Assembly (NCBI GenBank): GCA_045543735.1
Contig: JAZPXO010000008.1
Location: forward strand, 309-64,308
Reading direction: 5' to 3'
DNA from: Acutalibacteraceae bacterium
GTDB taxonomy: Bacteria; Bacillota; Clostridia; Oscillospirales; Acutalibacteraceae
DNA: 64,000 nucleotides
Of the stretch, positions 48,238 through 57,863 are shown one piece after another (position 1 is the first letter of the stretch; every line of letters begins with the position of its first letter). Made by a program: the position numbers and the translations under genes. A model generated the notes under the pieces. The model ran no database searches. It saw only the letters and a program-made list of their open reading frames with translations, and was not told the origin of the DNA.

Positions 48238-49352
48238 GTTTCAACCTCCGTGAGAGAACCGTTTGTGAATGAATAAACCGTTTTTGCCTTATAGCCTTCC
48301 AGTGCATTATGCTCAACTCTTACGGAATATCCTTTGTTGACGAAATCTTCAACAAGGGAAAGAAGAGAAACATTTTCGCAACCGGAATCGGGAATTATCA
48401 GTATATCGCTGTCAAATTCGCGTTCTTTTCTGTAATATAAATTAAGATTATCGAGATAAACGGCAAATCCGATTGCCTGAGTGTTATCCCTGAGCTTTGT
48501 GGCAAGATTATCGTATCTTCCTCCGGAAAGAACAGCCTTCGGAGCTTTTTCAACATAGCCCTGAAAAATTATTCCGTTATAATACTCTGTGTTGTTAAGA
48601 ACGGACATATCAATATAAAGCTTGTCTGAAAGTTCGTTCCTGCCAAGTGAATCGGCAATAAATCCAAGCTCAGCACATGCTTTTTTCATTTCGTCATTTG
48701 ATGCAAGAGAGACAAGCTCGGGAAGAGTGTCGCGCAATTTGCCGTTGACTTTTGAAAGTCTGACAAGCAGAGAAGTTTTTTCTTCACTGACGCCGCATCT
48801 TTCGCAGATAGCTTTTAAATCGTGAGAATTTTTGCCCTTTATGCAAGTGATGATTTCTTTCTTTGTATTTTCGCTGATTTTCATTTCAGCAAGCAAAGAG
48901 GGGATGAAAGCCATATGAGAAACAGAAAGAATGAAGCTGTCATCAATTGTTTTTAAGCTTTTTGCCGCAAGAAAGAGAACCTCTGCAACAAGATAGTTGT
49001 CAACCTTTCCGAGAACTTCAACGCCCGTTTGCTTGATTTCCTTGAAATCATTTGAGCTTTCGGTCATTCTGAAAACGCTTTCGTTATAATAAAGCTTTGT
49101 CAGTGCATCTGAAAGCTTGGCATTTTTAACAATTGAAAGAGTGATATCGGGCTTGAGCGCCATGAGTCGGCCGTCAGAATTATTGAATGCAAGAATACTG
49201 CTGCTTGAAAGGAAGTCTCTGTTATCGCTGTAAAAGCTGTATTCTTCAAACTTTGCCATTCTGTATTCTTTATATCCCCATTGTTTATAGAGCATGGAAA
49301 GCTCATAGTTAAGCCTGTCTTCTTTTGTTAATGATGAAAGGAATTCGTTCAT
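48231..49352 (-). CDS. hisZ: ATP phosphoribosyltransferase regulatory subunit
   Basis: L.PDIT, Q.G.E, YY.G..F, GGRYD; first gene before short hisG. Confidence 0.92.
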   Translation of the reverse strand: MNEFLSSLTKEDRLNYELSMLYKQWGYKEYRMAKFEEYSFYSDNRDFLSSSSILAFNNSDGRLMALKPDITLSIVKNAKLSDALTKLYYNESVFRMTESSNDFKEIKQTGVEVLGKVDNYLVAEVLFLAAKSLKTIDDSFILSVSHMAFIPSLLAEMKISENTKKEIITCIKGKNSHDLKAICERCGVSEEKTSLLVRLSKVNGKLRDTLPELVSLASNDEMKKACAELGFIADSLGRNELSDKLYIDMSVLNNTEYYNGIIFQGYVEKAPKAVLSGGRYDNLATKLRDNTQAIGFAVYLDNLNLYYRKEREFDSDILIIPDSGCENVSLLSLVEDFVNKGYSVRVEHNALEGYKAKTVYSFTNGSLTEVETC

Positions 49353-49382
49353 AAAATCACCTGATTATAAATCTATGCCGAG

Positions 49383-49435
49383 AGTATAGCACACTTTATC
49401 GCATTAGTCAATTAGCGATTTACCACGCTAAACTG
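49383..49435 (-). promoter_or_regulatory. his operon promoter with tandem HisR-like operators
   Basis: Minus strand TTGACT(49411-49406)-17-TATACT(49388-49383); TTTA-N6-TAAA at 49419-49432 and partial CACTTTA-N6-TA at 49392-49406. Confidence 0.65.
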
Positions 49436-49470
49436 CCTTTCTTAGAAATTTCTTTATATAATTTGAACAA

Positions 49471-49839
49471 TTATTTGAATTGCTCTTCGTTTTTGCGAAG
49501 GCATTCAAAGCTTTCGGGGCTGATAACATGTTCAATTCTGCAGGCATCAATTGCAGCCTGATCTTCGCTCACGCCGATTCTGATAAGCCAGTTTGTTATT
49601 GTTTCGTGGCGCTGATAAATTTTTTCGGCAACCTCTTTTCCGCTGTCGGTCAGAGAGATTGAACCGTCGCTGTCTGTAATAATGAATCCTTTTTCTCTGA
49701 GATTCCTCATTGCGACGCAAACGCTGGGCTTGGAATAACCGAGTTCAGCTGCGATATCAACGGAACGCACGGCGGATTTCTTTTTGCTGAGAACAAGAAT
49801 GGTTTCGAGATAATTTTCAGCAGATTCGCCTATAATCAT
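49471..49839 (-). CDS. DtxR/MntR-family metal-dependent transcriptional regulator
   Basis: ESAENYLE, SVDIA..LG.SKPSV, RHE, DACRIEH; GGAG RBS before ATG 49839. Confidence 0.9.
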   Translation of the reverse strand: MIIGESAENYLETILVLSKKKSAVRSVDIAAELGYSKPSVCVAMRNLREKGFIITDSDGSISLTDSGKEVAEKIYQRHETITNWLIRIGVSEDQAAIDACRIEHVISPESFECLRKNEEQFK

Positions 49840-49971
49840 TTGTTTCAACTCCATTATATTTTATATTTTCTTATAATATCATATAAAAAAAATAAATTCA
49901 ATAATCATCTTGACACAATTAAGTTAAAATGTTATCGTTTAATTGTTGAAAAAACAGAAAAGGTGATACAA

Positions 49972-51171
49972 ATGAAAAAGAAAAGTATTTTAAAAAAGGT
50001 TTTTATCGGAATTGCGGTTTTGGCTGTTTGTCTGACAGCTTTGACTGCAATTGTCAATACGGTGCTTTATTCTCTTAATATGAAAAGAGTGGAAGAATAT
50101 TCTCCTGTTAATAATTCTGACGCGGTTGTTCCTGTATGCGATGAAAACGGCGAATATACTTTTGTTACAGACAGGGAACTCAAGATTCTTGATATGACAG
50201 ATATTCATATTGGCGGCGGCTGGATGTCGTTCAGAAAAGACCGTATGGCGCTTAATGCTGTTGCTGCAATGGTAACGGCTGAAAAGCCTGATCTTGTTGT
50301 CCTGACCGGCGACCTTGCTTATCCCGTTCCGTTCCAATCCGGAACATTTAATAATAAACTCTCCGCAAATCTTGTGATATCTCTTATGGAACGTCTCGGT
50401 GTTCCGTGGACTGTTACATTCGGCAATCATGATACTGAATCCTACAGTTATTTTAATCGCGAAAAAATCGGAAAGCTTTATTCAGATGAAAAGCTTGAAA
50501 GCTGTCTTTTTTCGGCAGGACCCGAGGATGTTGACGGTGTCGGAAATCATGTGATTCATGTTAAAAATACTCAGGGCAAACTGATTCAGGAGCTTGTTTT
50601 CATGGATTCTCATTCTTATACCGACGGTGATATTTTCGGTATTTTCTGGAAATACGATAACATTCATCAGAATCAGGTTGATTGGTATGAAGAGAAAATA
50701 TTGGCTGCGCAGAAGCTTAATCCCGATGTCAGATCCCTTGTATTCATTCATATTCCGCTTGTTGAATTCAGAGATGCGTATAATGAATATGCCGCAAACG
50801 GCAATAAGGATACGGAAAACGTAAAGTATATTTCGGGTATAATCGGTGAAAAAGATCCCTATGTTTACTGCGGAATGGGCGAGGATAATCTTTTTGAAAA
50901 AATTCTTGAACTTGACAGCACGAAGGCTGTTTTCTGCGGACATGATCATCTGAATAATATCGTTCTGAACTATAAGGGCGTTGATCTTACATATAATTTC
51001 AGCGTTGACTATCTTGCGTATATCGGTATCAGCAAGAAGGGCGATCAGCGCGGATGCACTGTTATTACAATTAATCCCGACGGCTCATATGAACAGGTTC
51101 ATGAGAATTATTATCAGGACAAATATCAGCCTCTTTATGAAAAGGAAGATGTGACATTTGTCAACAAATAA
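49972..51171 (+). CDS. Membrane-anchored calcineurin-like metallophosphoesterase (Dcr2-like)
   Basis: TDIH, TGD, GNHD, FIHIP, GHDH.N; N-terminal TM. Confidence 0.88.
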   Translation: MKKKSILKKVFIGIAVLAVCLTALTAIVNTVLYSLNMKRVEEYSPVNNSDAVVPVCDENGEYTFVTDRELKILDMTDIHIGGGWMSFRKDRMALNAVAAMVTAEKPDLVVLTGDLAYPVPFQSGTFNNKLSANLVISLMERLGVPWTVTFGNHDTESYSYFNREKIGKLYSDEKLESCLFSAGPEDVDGVGNHVIHVKNTQGKLIQELVFMDSHSYTDGDIFGIFWKYDNIHQNQVDWYEEKILAAQKLNPDVRSLVFIHIPLVEFRDAYNEYAANGNKDTENVKYISGIIGEKDPYVYCGMGEDNLFEKILELDSTKAVFCGHDHLNNIVLNYKGVDLTYNFSVDYLAYIGISKKGDQRGCTVITINPDGSYEQVHENYYQDKYQPLYEKEDVTFVNK

Positions 51172-51181
51172 GAAAAGATTC

Positions 51182-51220
51182 AGCGGGTATTCCCATCAGG
51201 GAGTACCCGCTTTTTTGTTT
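51182..51220. terminator. Terminator between convergent genes
   Basis: AGCGGGTATTCCC-ATCA-GGGAGTACCCGCT plus T-tract. Confidence 0.8.
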
Positions 51221-51221
51221 G

Positions 51222-52169
51222 TTAAATATATTTATTAATGAATGAATTAACCGTTGACCAATAAAGTTCGGGATTTACAAGTTCAGAAATTGCGTGCGGA
51301 GAACCGGTCACAACAAGTTTTTCTTTTTTGCATGATGCGGCATCATAAAGCGTTTGCTGCATGCTGAAAGGTACAAGCTCATCTTTAGTTCCGTGAATAA
51401 AGAGCGTTGGCGTTACCGATTTCTTAACCTGCTCAACTGCAGATGCTTCGTTGAAATCAAACCCGATTTTTATTTTTGAAACGGTATTTGCACTTTTTAT
51501 AAGAAATGATGTTGCAAATTTGGGTAGCTTGCTGCCTATCATTGAAGTATACATTTCGCGCAGTGATGTGTATCCGCAATCTGCAATGCAGCATTTTACA
51601 TTCTCCGGCATGGCTTCGCCTGTTGCCATCATAACTGTTGCAGAGCCCATTGAAACGCCGTGAAGAATAATTTTTGATTCGGGATATTTTTCGGCAATAT
51701 ATTTTGTCCATTCAACGATATCAAGTCTTTCAAACCAGCCCATGGTGCAGTATTCGTGTTCGCTTTTTCCGTGAGCTCTTGAGTATGGCATAATAAGATT
51801 ATAACCCATATCATAATATCGTTTTGCAAATACATTGTCAGTGTTCGGGTCTCCCGTAAAACCGTGGCAGAAAATAACAAAAACATCAGACGGGTTTTCG
51901 TATTGGATTGCAAAAAGACATTTTGCATCTTTACCGAATGTGAATATTTCTTTATGGCGTGTTGCTTTATAAAATTTGTTTCCTTCAAGGGCTTCGTGGC
52001 TTTCGAGAAGTATCTTCTTTGTTTCTTCGTCAAGCATACCGGGTCCTTGCTGAAGCTTACGGATTCCCTCTTTGCTCAGATAAGTTTTTATAAAATACTT
52101 TCCTGCAAGGCTGTAAAATGCTGAGGTCAAAATTCCTGCGTTCAATAACTTTTTGAATATATTTTTCAT
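51222..52169 (-). CDS. Alpha/beta hydrolase (YqkD-like)
   Basis: HGF, RAHG.SE, G.SMG nucleophile elbow, DCGY, IHG..D, PH. Confidence 0.88.
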   Translation of the reverse strand: MKNIFKKLLNAGILTSAFYSLAGKYFIKTYLSKEGIRKLQQGPGMLDEETKKILLESHEALEGNKFYKATRHKEIFTFGKDAKCLFAIQYENPSDVFVIFCHGFTGDPNTDNVFAKRYYDMGYNLIMPYSRAHGKSEHEYCTMGWFERLDIVEWTKYIAEKYPESKIILHGVSMGSATVMMATGEAMPENVKCCIADCGYTSLREMYTSMIGSKLPKFATSFLIKSANTVSKIKIGFDFNEASAVEQVKKSVTPTLFIHGTKDELVPFSMQQTLYDAASCKKEKLVVTGSPHAISELVNPELYWSTVNSFINKYI

Positions 52170-52188
52170 TTTAATTCTTTCTCCATTA

Positions 52189-52220
52189 AAACATAAAGCC
52201 GCCTTGTTCAGGCGGCTTGG
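52189..52220 (-). terminator. Probable terminator after the acyl-CoA ligase gene
   Basis: AAGCCGCCT-GAACA-AGGCGGCTT then T-rich on the minus strand. Confidence 0.6.
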
Positions 52221-52222
52221 AA

Positions 52223-53935
52223 TCAGTCTTTGTACTCAAATCTCTTGATCTTCTGAGTGGTTGTTTTCAAAAACTCTGTTCTTCTGATTTTGAAATTGAG
52301 TATCTTTTTATATGAGGGGAGCTTCTCGTTAACAGTGTTAACTGTTTTTTCGAAAATATCATGAAGCTCACGGTCGGAGAAATCATCCGCATCCTTGCCG
52401 GTCTGCTCTTTGAGTTCTTCAAAATTGGGGAAAATTCTTGCGCCTACAATGTCTTCGCCTTTCTTGTTTTTATCGGCAAGAACAAGGCATTCGCCAACGA
52501 GAATATCTTCTGCAAGATGATATTCAAGCTCTTCGGGATAAATGTTTTTGCCGTTGCTTGTAACGATAACATTTTTGCTTCTGCCCGAAATATAGTAATG
52601 ACCTTTTTTGTCAACATAGCCGAGGTCACCGGTGTGGAAGAAACCGTCTTTGTCAATAACCTTGTTGGTTTCCTCTTCGTTTTCATAATAACCGAGCATA
52701 ACCATGTCGCCCTTGACGCAGATTTCACCGACGCCTGTTGAATCGGGCTTATGAATTTTTGCTTCACTGCCGGGGATGGGTACACCTACTGATTCGGCAA
52801 GGTGAAGTCTGTCATGGTTGATGATGGCAAGAGGAGCGCATTCGGTCAGACCGTAGCCGAAAATAATCTGAATGCCGATAGCATCAAAATCCTTGAGAAT
52901 CTGAGGATTGATGGGAGCGGCGCCGCAGATAATAAGACGCATGTTGCCGCCGAAGGTATCAATAATTTCCTTGAAGAAAACATTCTTAAGGTCGATTCCG
53001 ACTTTCTTACCGGCCTTAACAAGAACTTTGCCGAGATTGAAAAGGAATTCGCCGTGAGGCTTTGCCTTGATAGCTTTCATAAGGCGTCTGTGAACGGTTT
53101 CAAGAAGCAGGGGAACTGCAACAAAAACTGAGGGATTGAATTCCTTCATGTTTTTGAGAACATATTTGAATCCGTCGCAGAAAGTAACCTTTGCGCCGCA
53201 ATAGGGGGCAAAGAAAAGAATAATTGAGCTTTCAAAGGTGTGGTGAAGAGGAAGAAGTGAAATTCCGCAGTCCTCAGGATGAATCTTAACTACGCTCATT
53301 GCAGACATTACTTCAAAGCAGAAGTTTCTGTGGCAGAGCATAACACCCTTTGACATGCCGGTTGTTCCTGAAGTGAAGAGGAGGGAGCACATTGCATCAG
53401 GATCGATTTCGGCTTCAAGATAACGTCTGTCTCCTTCGGCAAGGAGCTTTCTGCCTCTTTCGATAAGATCCTCTATTACAGTTTCATCGTCTTTCTTTTC
53501 TGTTCTGATAAGAACTATCTGAAGATCTTCTTTGAGTTCGCTCTTTCTTTCTTCGAGTTTCTTATAGATTTTTTTATCGCAGAAGAAAAGCTTGACATCG
53601 GAAATATTAAGGATATCGTTAATATCATCAAAAAGAAGTTCCTTGTCAATAGGAACGATAACGCCAACGCCGTTGACGGTTGCCATATAAGAAAGGCACC
53701 ATTCATAGCAGTTATCGCCAGCAATTGCAATCTTCTCGTTTTTTAAACCCATATCAACAAGAGCTGTTCCAAGAGCGTTGATCTGCTCGAAATATTCGTT
53801 GTATGTTATATTATAGTGATTGTTTTTGAAATCTTTAACTTCAAAAGCCGGTCTGTCGCCGTAAAGCTGAACACTCTGACTTATAAGGTCTCTTAAATCG
53901 TGAAGCTTACGCACTTCATAAAACGGTTTAGTCAA
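52223..53935 (-). CDS. Long-chain fatty acid-CoA ligase (AMP-binding)
   Basis: FTSGTTG..KG, GYGLTE, FHTGDLG, GR.KN.IV..NGKNIYPEE. Confidence 0.9.
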   Translation of the reverse strand: MTKPFYEVRKLHDLRDLISQSVQLYGDRPAFEVKDFKNNHYNITYNEYFEQINALGTALVDMGLKNEKIAIAGDNCYEWCLSYMATVNGVGVIVPIDKELLFDDINDILNISDVKLFFCDKKIYKKLEERKSELKEDLQIVLIRTEKKDDETVIEDLIERGRKLLAEGDRRYLEAEIDPDAMCSLLFTSGTTGMSKGVMLCHRNFCFEVMSAMSVVKIHPEDCGISLLPLHHTFESSIILFFAPYCGAKVTFCDGFKYVLKNMKEFNPSVFVAVPLLLETVHRRLMKAIKAKPHGEFLFNLGKVLVKAGKKVGIDLKNVFFKEIIDTFGGNMRLIICGAAPINPQILKDFDAIGIQIIFGYGLTECAPLAIINHDRLHLAESVGVPIPGSEAKIHKPDSTGVGEICVKGDMVMLGYYENEEETNKVIDKDGFFHTGDLGYVDKKGHYYISGRSKNVIVTSNGKNIYPEELEYHLAEDILVGECLVLADKNKKGEDIVGARIFPNFEELKEQTGKDADDFSDRELHDIFEKTVNTVNEKLPSYKKILNFKIRRTEFLKTTTQKIKRFEYKD

Positions 53936-54104
53936 GGCCTTTTACACTCCTTAATACAAATTGCTTCTATTTTATCATATCCGAAATTGAAAATCAATTG
54001 CTCAATTATTAAGAATTTTCTAAATATCGGATAAAAATTATCTATTTTTACTAAATGTTGTGTTATCGTTCATTTTCGGTTCATATTTGCGATATAACAA
54101 ATAG

Positions 54105-54138
54105 AAAAACTGCGTACCGGCAAAATACGCAGTTTTTT
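54105..54138 (-). terminator. Rho-independent terminator
   Basis: AAAACTGCGTA...TACGCAGTTTT. Confidence 0.7.
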
Positions 54139-54156
54139 AATAAGCTAATATTAAAT

Positions 54157-55023
54157 TCAAAGATTTCCGAGCATGTTTCTGAGGTTTTCAAATCCGACGG
54201 AAATGCCGTCAAGGCAGTTTTCCATGCCCTCGAATTCAACGCTTACAAATCCGTCATAACCTGATGAATTGAGTATTGAAAGGCACTGGAAAACAGGGAT
54301 ATCACCGTGGCCGATTATCGAACCTCTGAGATAATTTCCGCCTCTGGATTTAAAAAATCCTTTGCCGGGATTAAGACCGTTTCCGCTCTTTATATGAAAA
54401 TCCTTTGCATGAACATGCTTTGCGTAGCGGGCGAGCTTTCCGACTGCATCTGCGCTGTTTTCATCGGCACAGCAGAAGTTTCCGATGTCGATGAGGGCGC
54501 CGAAATTCGGGCTTGCAGTACCGCAGATGATTTTTTCAACTCTGTCGCTGTCCTGACAGAAAAAACCGTGATTTTCAATCATTGTGGTTATGCCTTTTTC
54601 GGCGGCATAATCGGTGATTTTTTTACAGCCTTCGGTCAGAATGGGAAGAATCTGCTCAAATCCAGCATATGATTTTAAGCTGTCAGGCATTGACCAGGCG
54701 GCATCGTGACGGAGATTTTTTGCGCCGAGAATGTGAGCAATATCAACCTTTTTGCAGACTCTTTCAACTTCTTCGTCAAGGCTTCTTTCTCCGAGAAGGT
54801 TTGCCCCGACGGTATAAGCTATAACGGGGAGTGAAAGCTTTTCGCTTTCTTCTCTGATAAGTGAAGCATATTCCGCTTCCGACATGCCTTCGGGGGCAGA
54901 AAGGTCAATGAATTCAATTCCGTCAAAGCCCGATTCTTTTGCAAGCTTCATAATGCTCAGCTGTGTTTCGGCTTTTGCGTTAATTAACTGCTGATAGCTG
55001 TAACTGCTGACTCCGATTTTCAT
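54157..55023 (-). CDS. Sugar phosphate isomerase/epimerase (xylose-isomerase-like TIM barrel)
   Basis: IENH, D.GN, H.HAKD, G.G, S.E.E. Confidence 0.88.
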   Translation of the reverse strand: MKIGVSSYSYQQLINAKAETQLSIMKLAKESGFDGIEFIDLSAPEGMSEAEYASLIREESEKLSLPVIAYTVGANLLGERSLDEEVERVCKKVDIAHILGAKNLRHDAAWSMPDSLKSYAGFEQILPILTEGCKKITDYAAEKGITTMIENHGFFCQDSDRVEKIICGTASPNFGALIDIGNFCCADENSADAVGKLARYAKHVHAKDFHIKSGNGLNPGKGFFKSRGGNYLRGSIIGHGDIPVFQCLSILNSSGYDGFVSVEFEGMENCLDGISVGFENLRNMLGNL

Positions 55024-55037
55024 TTATCAGTTCCTCC

Positions 55038-55880
55038 TCAGCAGCCGTGGCTCTTAAGGAATTCAACAGCTTTTCTGATATCCTTTTCGGGATCGTCGCC
55101 TACTTCTCTTTCAATTGTCAGGAAGCCTTTGTATCCGATATCTTCAAGAGCAGCAAGATATTTAACCCAATCAACGCTGCCTTCGCCGAGAGGAACTTCG
55201 ATGAATGAATCGCCTGTTACGAGGGGATCCTTTTTGATTCCGTAAACGATTTCGGGATCTCTGTAGCAAAGCATTTTGCCGTCTTTAGCGTGTGTGTGAA
55301 CGATGTATTTCTGAAGGTTATAAACAGCGCCTGCAGGGTCATCACCCGTAACCATAACAAGGTTTGCAGGGTCAAGGTTAACACCGACGCCTGTTGAGTT
55401 AAGACTGTCAAGGAATTCCTTGAGCATAGCTGATGTTTCGGGACCTGTTTCAATAGCAAAATGAGCGCCGATTTCATCAGCGTATCTCGAAAGCTCAAAG
55501 CATGCTTCCTGCATAACCTTATATCTGTCATGATTCTTGTCAGCAGGGACAACGCCGATGTGAGTTGTAACAACATTTGTTCCGAGCTCTTTTGCAAGGT
55601 CGAGAATTCTCTTTGATTTTTCAACTCTGGCGGGGTTTTCATCTTTATATCCGAATCCGCCGCCGAGGTCACCGCAAAGAGCTGAAATAACAAGATCGTT
55701 GTCAGCAACAAGTGCCTTGAAATCGGCTATCTTTGCTGCGGTCATGTTTTCGGGTGCCATTTCGCCGTGAGTTGCATAAACCTGAATGCCCTGTGCGCCT
55801 ACGGCTGCAGCTTTTTTAACTGCTGTGGGAATGTCGGTTCTGAAGCTGTTGATAATTACGCCAATGGGAAATCTGCTCAT
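55038..55880 (-). CDS. Sugar phosphate isomerase/epimerase (xylose-isomerase-like TIM barrel)
   Basis: AIETGPE, N.DPAN, HTHAKD, PLGEG, TIERE. Confidence 0.88.
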   Translation of the reverse strand: MSRFPIGVIINSFRTDIPTAVKKAAAVGAQGIQVYATHGEMAPENMTAAKIADFKALVADNDLVISALCGDLGGGFGYKDENPARVEKSKRILDLAKELGTNVVTTHIGVVPADKNHDRYKVMQEACFELSRYADEIGAHFAIETGPETSAMLKEFLDSLNSTGVGVNLDPANLVMVTGDDPAGAVYNLQKYIVHTHAKDGKMLCYRDPEIVYGIKKDPLVTGDSFIEVPLGEGSVDWVKYLAALEDIGYKGFLTIEREVGDDPEKDIRKAVEFLKSHGC

Positions 55881-55918
55881 GATTATACTCTCCTTTGAGT
55901 AAAAATTATTACAGCCTC

Positions 55919-55991
55919 ATAATATCAAAGATTTATACATTTGGCAAGAATTTTTTAAAATATCTTTACATTTCATAAAAATTGTTATAAT
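55919..55991. promoter_or_regulatory. Divergent promoters of the isomerase pair and the oxidoreductase operon
   Basis: Minus strand: TTGCCA(55947-55942)-17-TATTAT; plus strand: TGTTATAAT extended -10 at 55983-55991. Confidence 0.55.
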
Positions 55992-56034
55992 ATTATTAAT
56001 TAATATAACATTAATTATGATTGGAGGATGCTCT

Positions 56035-57099
56035 ATGTCAAAAATAAAGGTTGCGGTTATCGGATGCGGTACAATTGCCAACTCATCCCATATTCCCGCT
56101 TATTTGAAAAACGAAGAGGTTGAAATCAAGTATTTCTGCGATATTATTCCTGAAAGAGCTCAGGAATGCGTTGAAAAATACGGCTGCGGAATTGCTGTTA
56201 CTGATTATCATGACATTCTTTCAGATGATGAGGTTGAAGCTGTTTCTGTCTGCACTCATAACGATTTTCATTCAATAATCTCGATTGATTTCATGCGTGC
56301 AGGTAAGAATGTTCTTTGCGAAAAGCCTGCTGCAAGAATTCTTTCCGAGGCTCTTGAAATGCAGAAGGTTGCTCATGAAACAGGAAAGGTTCTCAATATC
56401 GGCGTATGCAACAGATTCAATACTTATGTTCATAAAATCAGAGAGCTGATTGATGCAGGCGAGCTTGGTGAGATATATCACGTTTATGCTTCTTTCAGAG
56501 CACACCGCTCAATTCCCGGCATCGGCGGTGATTTCACAACCAAGGCAAAATCAGGCGGCGGCGCACTTATTGACTGGGGCGTTCACTATCTTGATCTTAT
56601 TATGTATTGCTGCGGTGATCCCAAGCCTCTGACTGCTTCAGGCGAAGCTTTCTGCAAGCTCGGCAAAAATATCAAGGATTATGTTTATACGGGTATGTGG
56701 GCTGAAAGTACGGCAGATATGAACGGAACATATGATGTTGACGATTCCGTTGTCGGCGTAGTAAGAACAAGCGGCCCCGTAATCAGCTTTAACGGTGCAT
56801 GGGCGCAGAATATCGGCGTGAGCGAAACCTTTATCGACTTTATGGGTGACAAAGGCGGTATCAGACTTAAATACTGCGGCGATTTTACACTTTATTCAAC
56901 CAACAACGGCATGCTTACCGAAACAACGGTTGCGTGCAAAACAACAAACATGTATGAAAATGAAATCAATGATTTCATCCGCTGCGTTAAAACGGGCGAT
57001 AAAAACCGTCAGAACATAGATTACGCTGTTGAAACATCAAAGATTCTTCAGGCAATCTATGATTCATCGGAAAATCACAGAGAAACAATAATTGATTAA
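56035..57099 (+). CDS. Gfo/Idh/MocA-family NAD(P)-dependent oxidoreductase
   Basis: IGCG.I, LCEKP, GELGEIY, GGALIDWGVH; GGAGG RBS before ATG 56035. Confidence 0.92.
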   Translation: MSKIKVAVIGCGTIANSSHIPAYLKNEEVEIKYFCDIIPERAQECVEKYGCGIAVTDYHDILSDDEVEAVSVCTHNDFHSIISIDFMRAGKNVLCEKPAARILSEALEMQKVAHETGKVLNIGVCNRFNTYVHKIRELIDAGELGEIYHVYASFRAHRSIPGIGGDFTTKAKSGGGALIDWGVHYLDLIMYCCGDPKPLTASGEAFCKLGKNIKDYVYTGMWAESTADMNGTYDVDDSVVGVVRTSGPVISFNGAWAQNIGVSETFIDFMGDKGGIRLKYCGDFTLYSTNNGMLTETTVACKTTNMYENEINDFIRCVKTGDKNRQNIDYAVETSKILQAIYDSSENHRETIID

Positions 57100-57116
57100 T
57101 TCAGGAGGATACACAC

Positions 57117-57839
57117 ATGGATATCAGAATTTTTAAGAACGAACAGGAAATCGGCATTGCGGCAGGACAGCTTTTCTGCGATTTCGTAAAAGAAAAGCCT
57201 GCATGCGTTCTCGGACTTGCAACGGGTGCAACCCCCGTTCCAACCTATAATTATATGGCTGCTCAGTATGCAGACGGCAAGGTTTCTTTTAAAGATGTAA
57301 GCACATTCAATCTTGACGAATATTGCGATCTTCCCAAGGAGCATAAGAACAGCTATTACTCATTTATGTTTGAAAATCTTTTCTCAAAGATTGATATCAA
57401 TGCTGAAAATGTTAATTTCCTTGACGGCAACACAACCGATCCCGATGCTGAAAGCGCAAGATATGCAGCAGCAATTGCCGCAAAGGGCGGAATTGATGTT
57501 CAGCTTCTCGGTATCGGCAGAAACGGTCATATCGCATTCAATGAGCCTTCTGATGCTTTCACAGGCGAGAGCTTCAAGATTGCGCTGACTCAGAGCACAA
57601 TTGATGCAAACTCAATTTATTTTGACGATATCCCCATGCCCCGTTATGCAATGACAATGGGTATCGGCTCAATTATGAAAGCAAAGAAAATCGTTCTTAT
57701 TGCAACCGGTGCATCAAAGGCAGAAGCTGTCAAGGGTATGATTAAGGGCGAGGTAACTCCTCAGCTTCCCGCATCAATTCTTCAGCAGCATGACGATGTT
57801 GTTATCTTCCTTGATGAGGCTGCTGCAGCTCTTCTTTAA
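57117..57839 (+). CDS. nagB: Glucosamine-6-phosphate deaminase
   Basis: LGLATGATP, FNLDEY, GIG.NGHIAFNEP, TMGI, PASILQ.H. Confidence 0.95.
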   Translation: MDIRIFKNEQEIGIAAGQLFCDFVKEKPACVLGLATGATPVPTYNYMAAQYADGKVSFKDVSTFNLDEYCDLPKEHKNSYYSFMFENLFSKIDINAENVNFLDGNTTDPDAESARYAAAIAAKGGIDVQLLGIGRNGHIAFNEPSDAFTGESFKIALTQSTIDANSIYFDDIPMPRYAMTMGIGSIMKAKKIVLIATGASKAEAVKGMIKGEVTPQLPASILQQHDDVVIFLDEAAAALL

Positions 57840-57863
57840 TATTCAGAATTGGAGTTTAAAATA

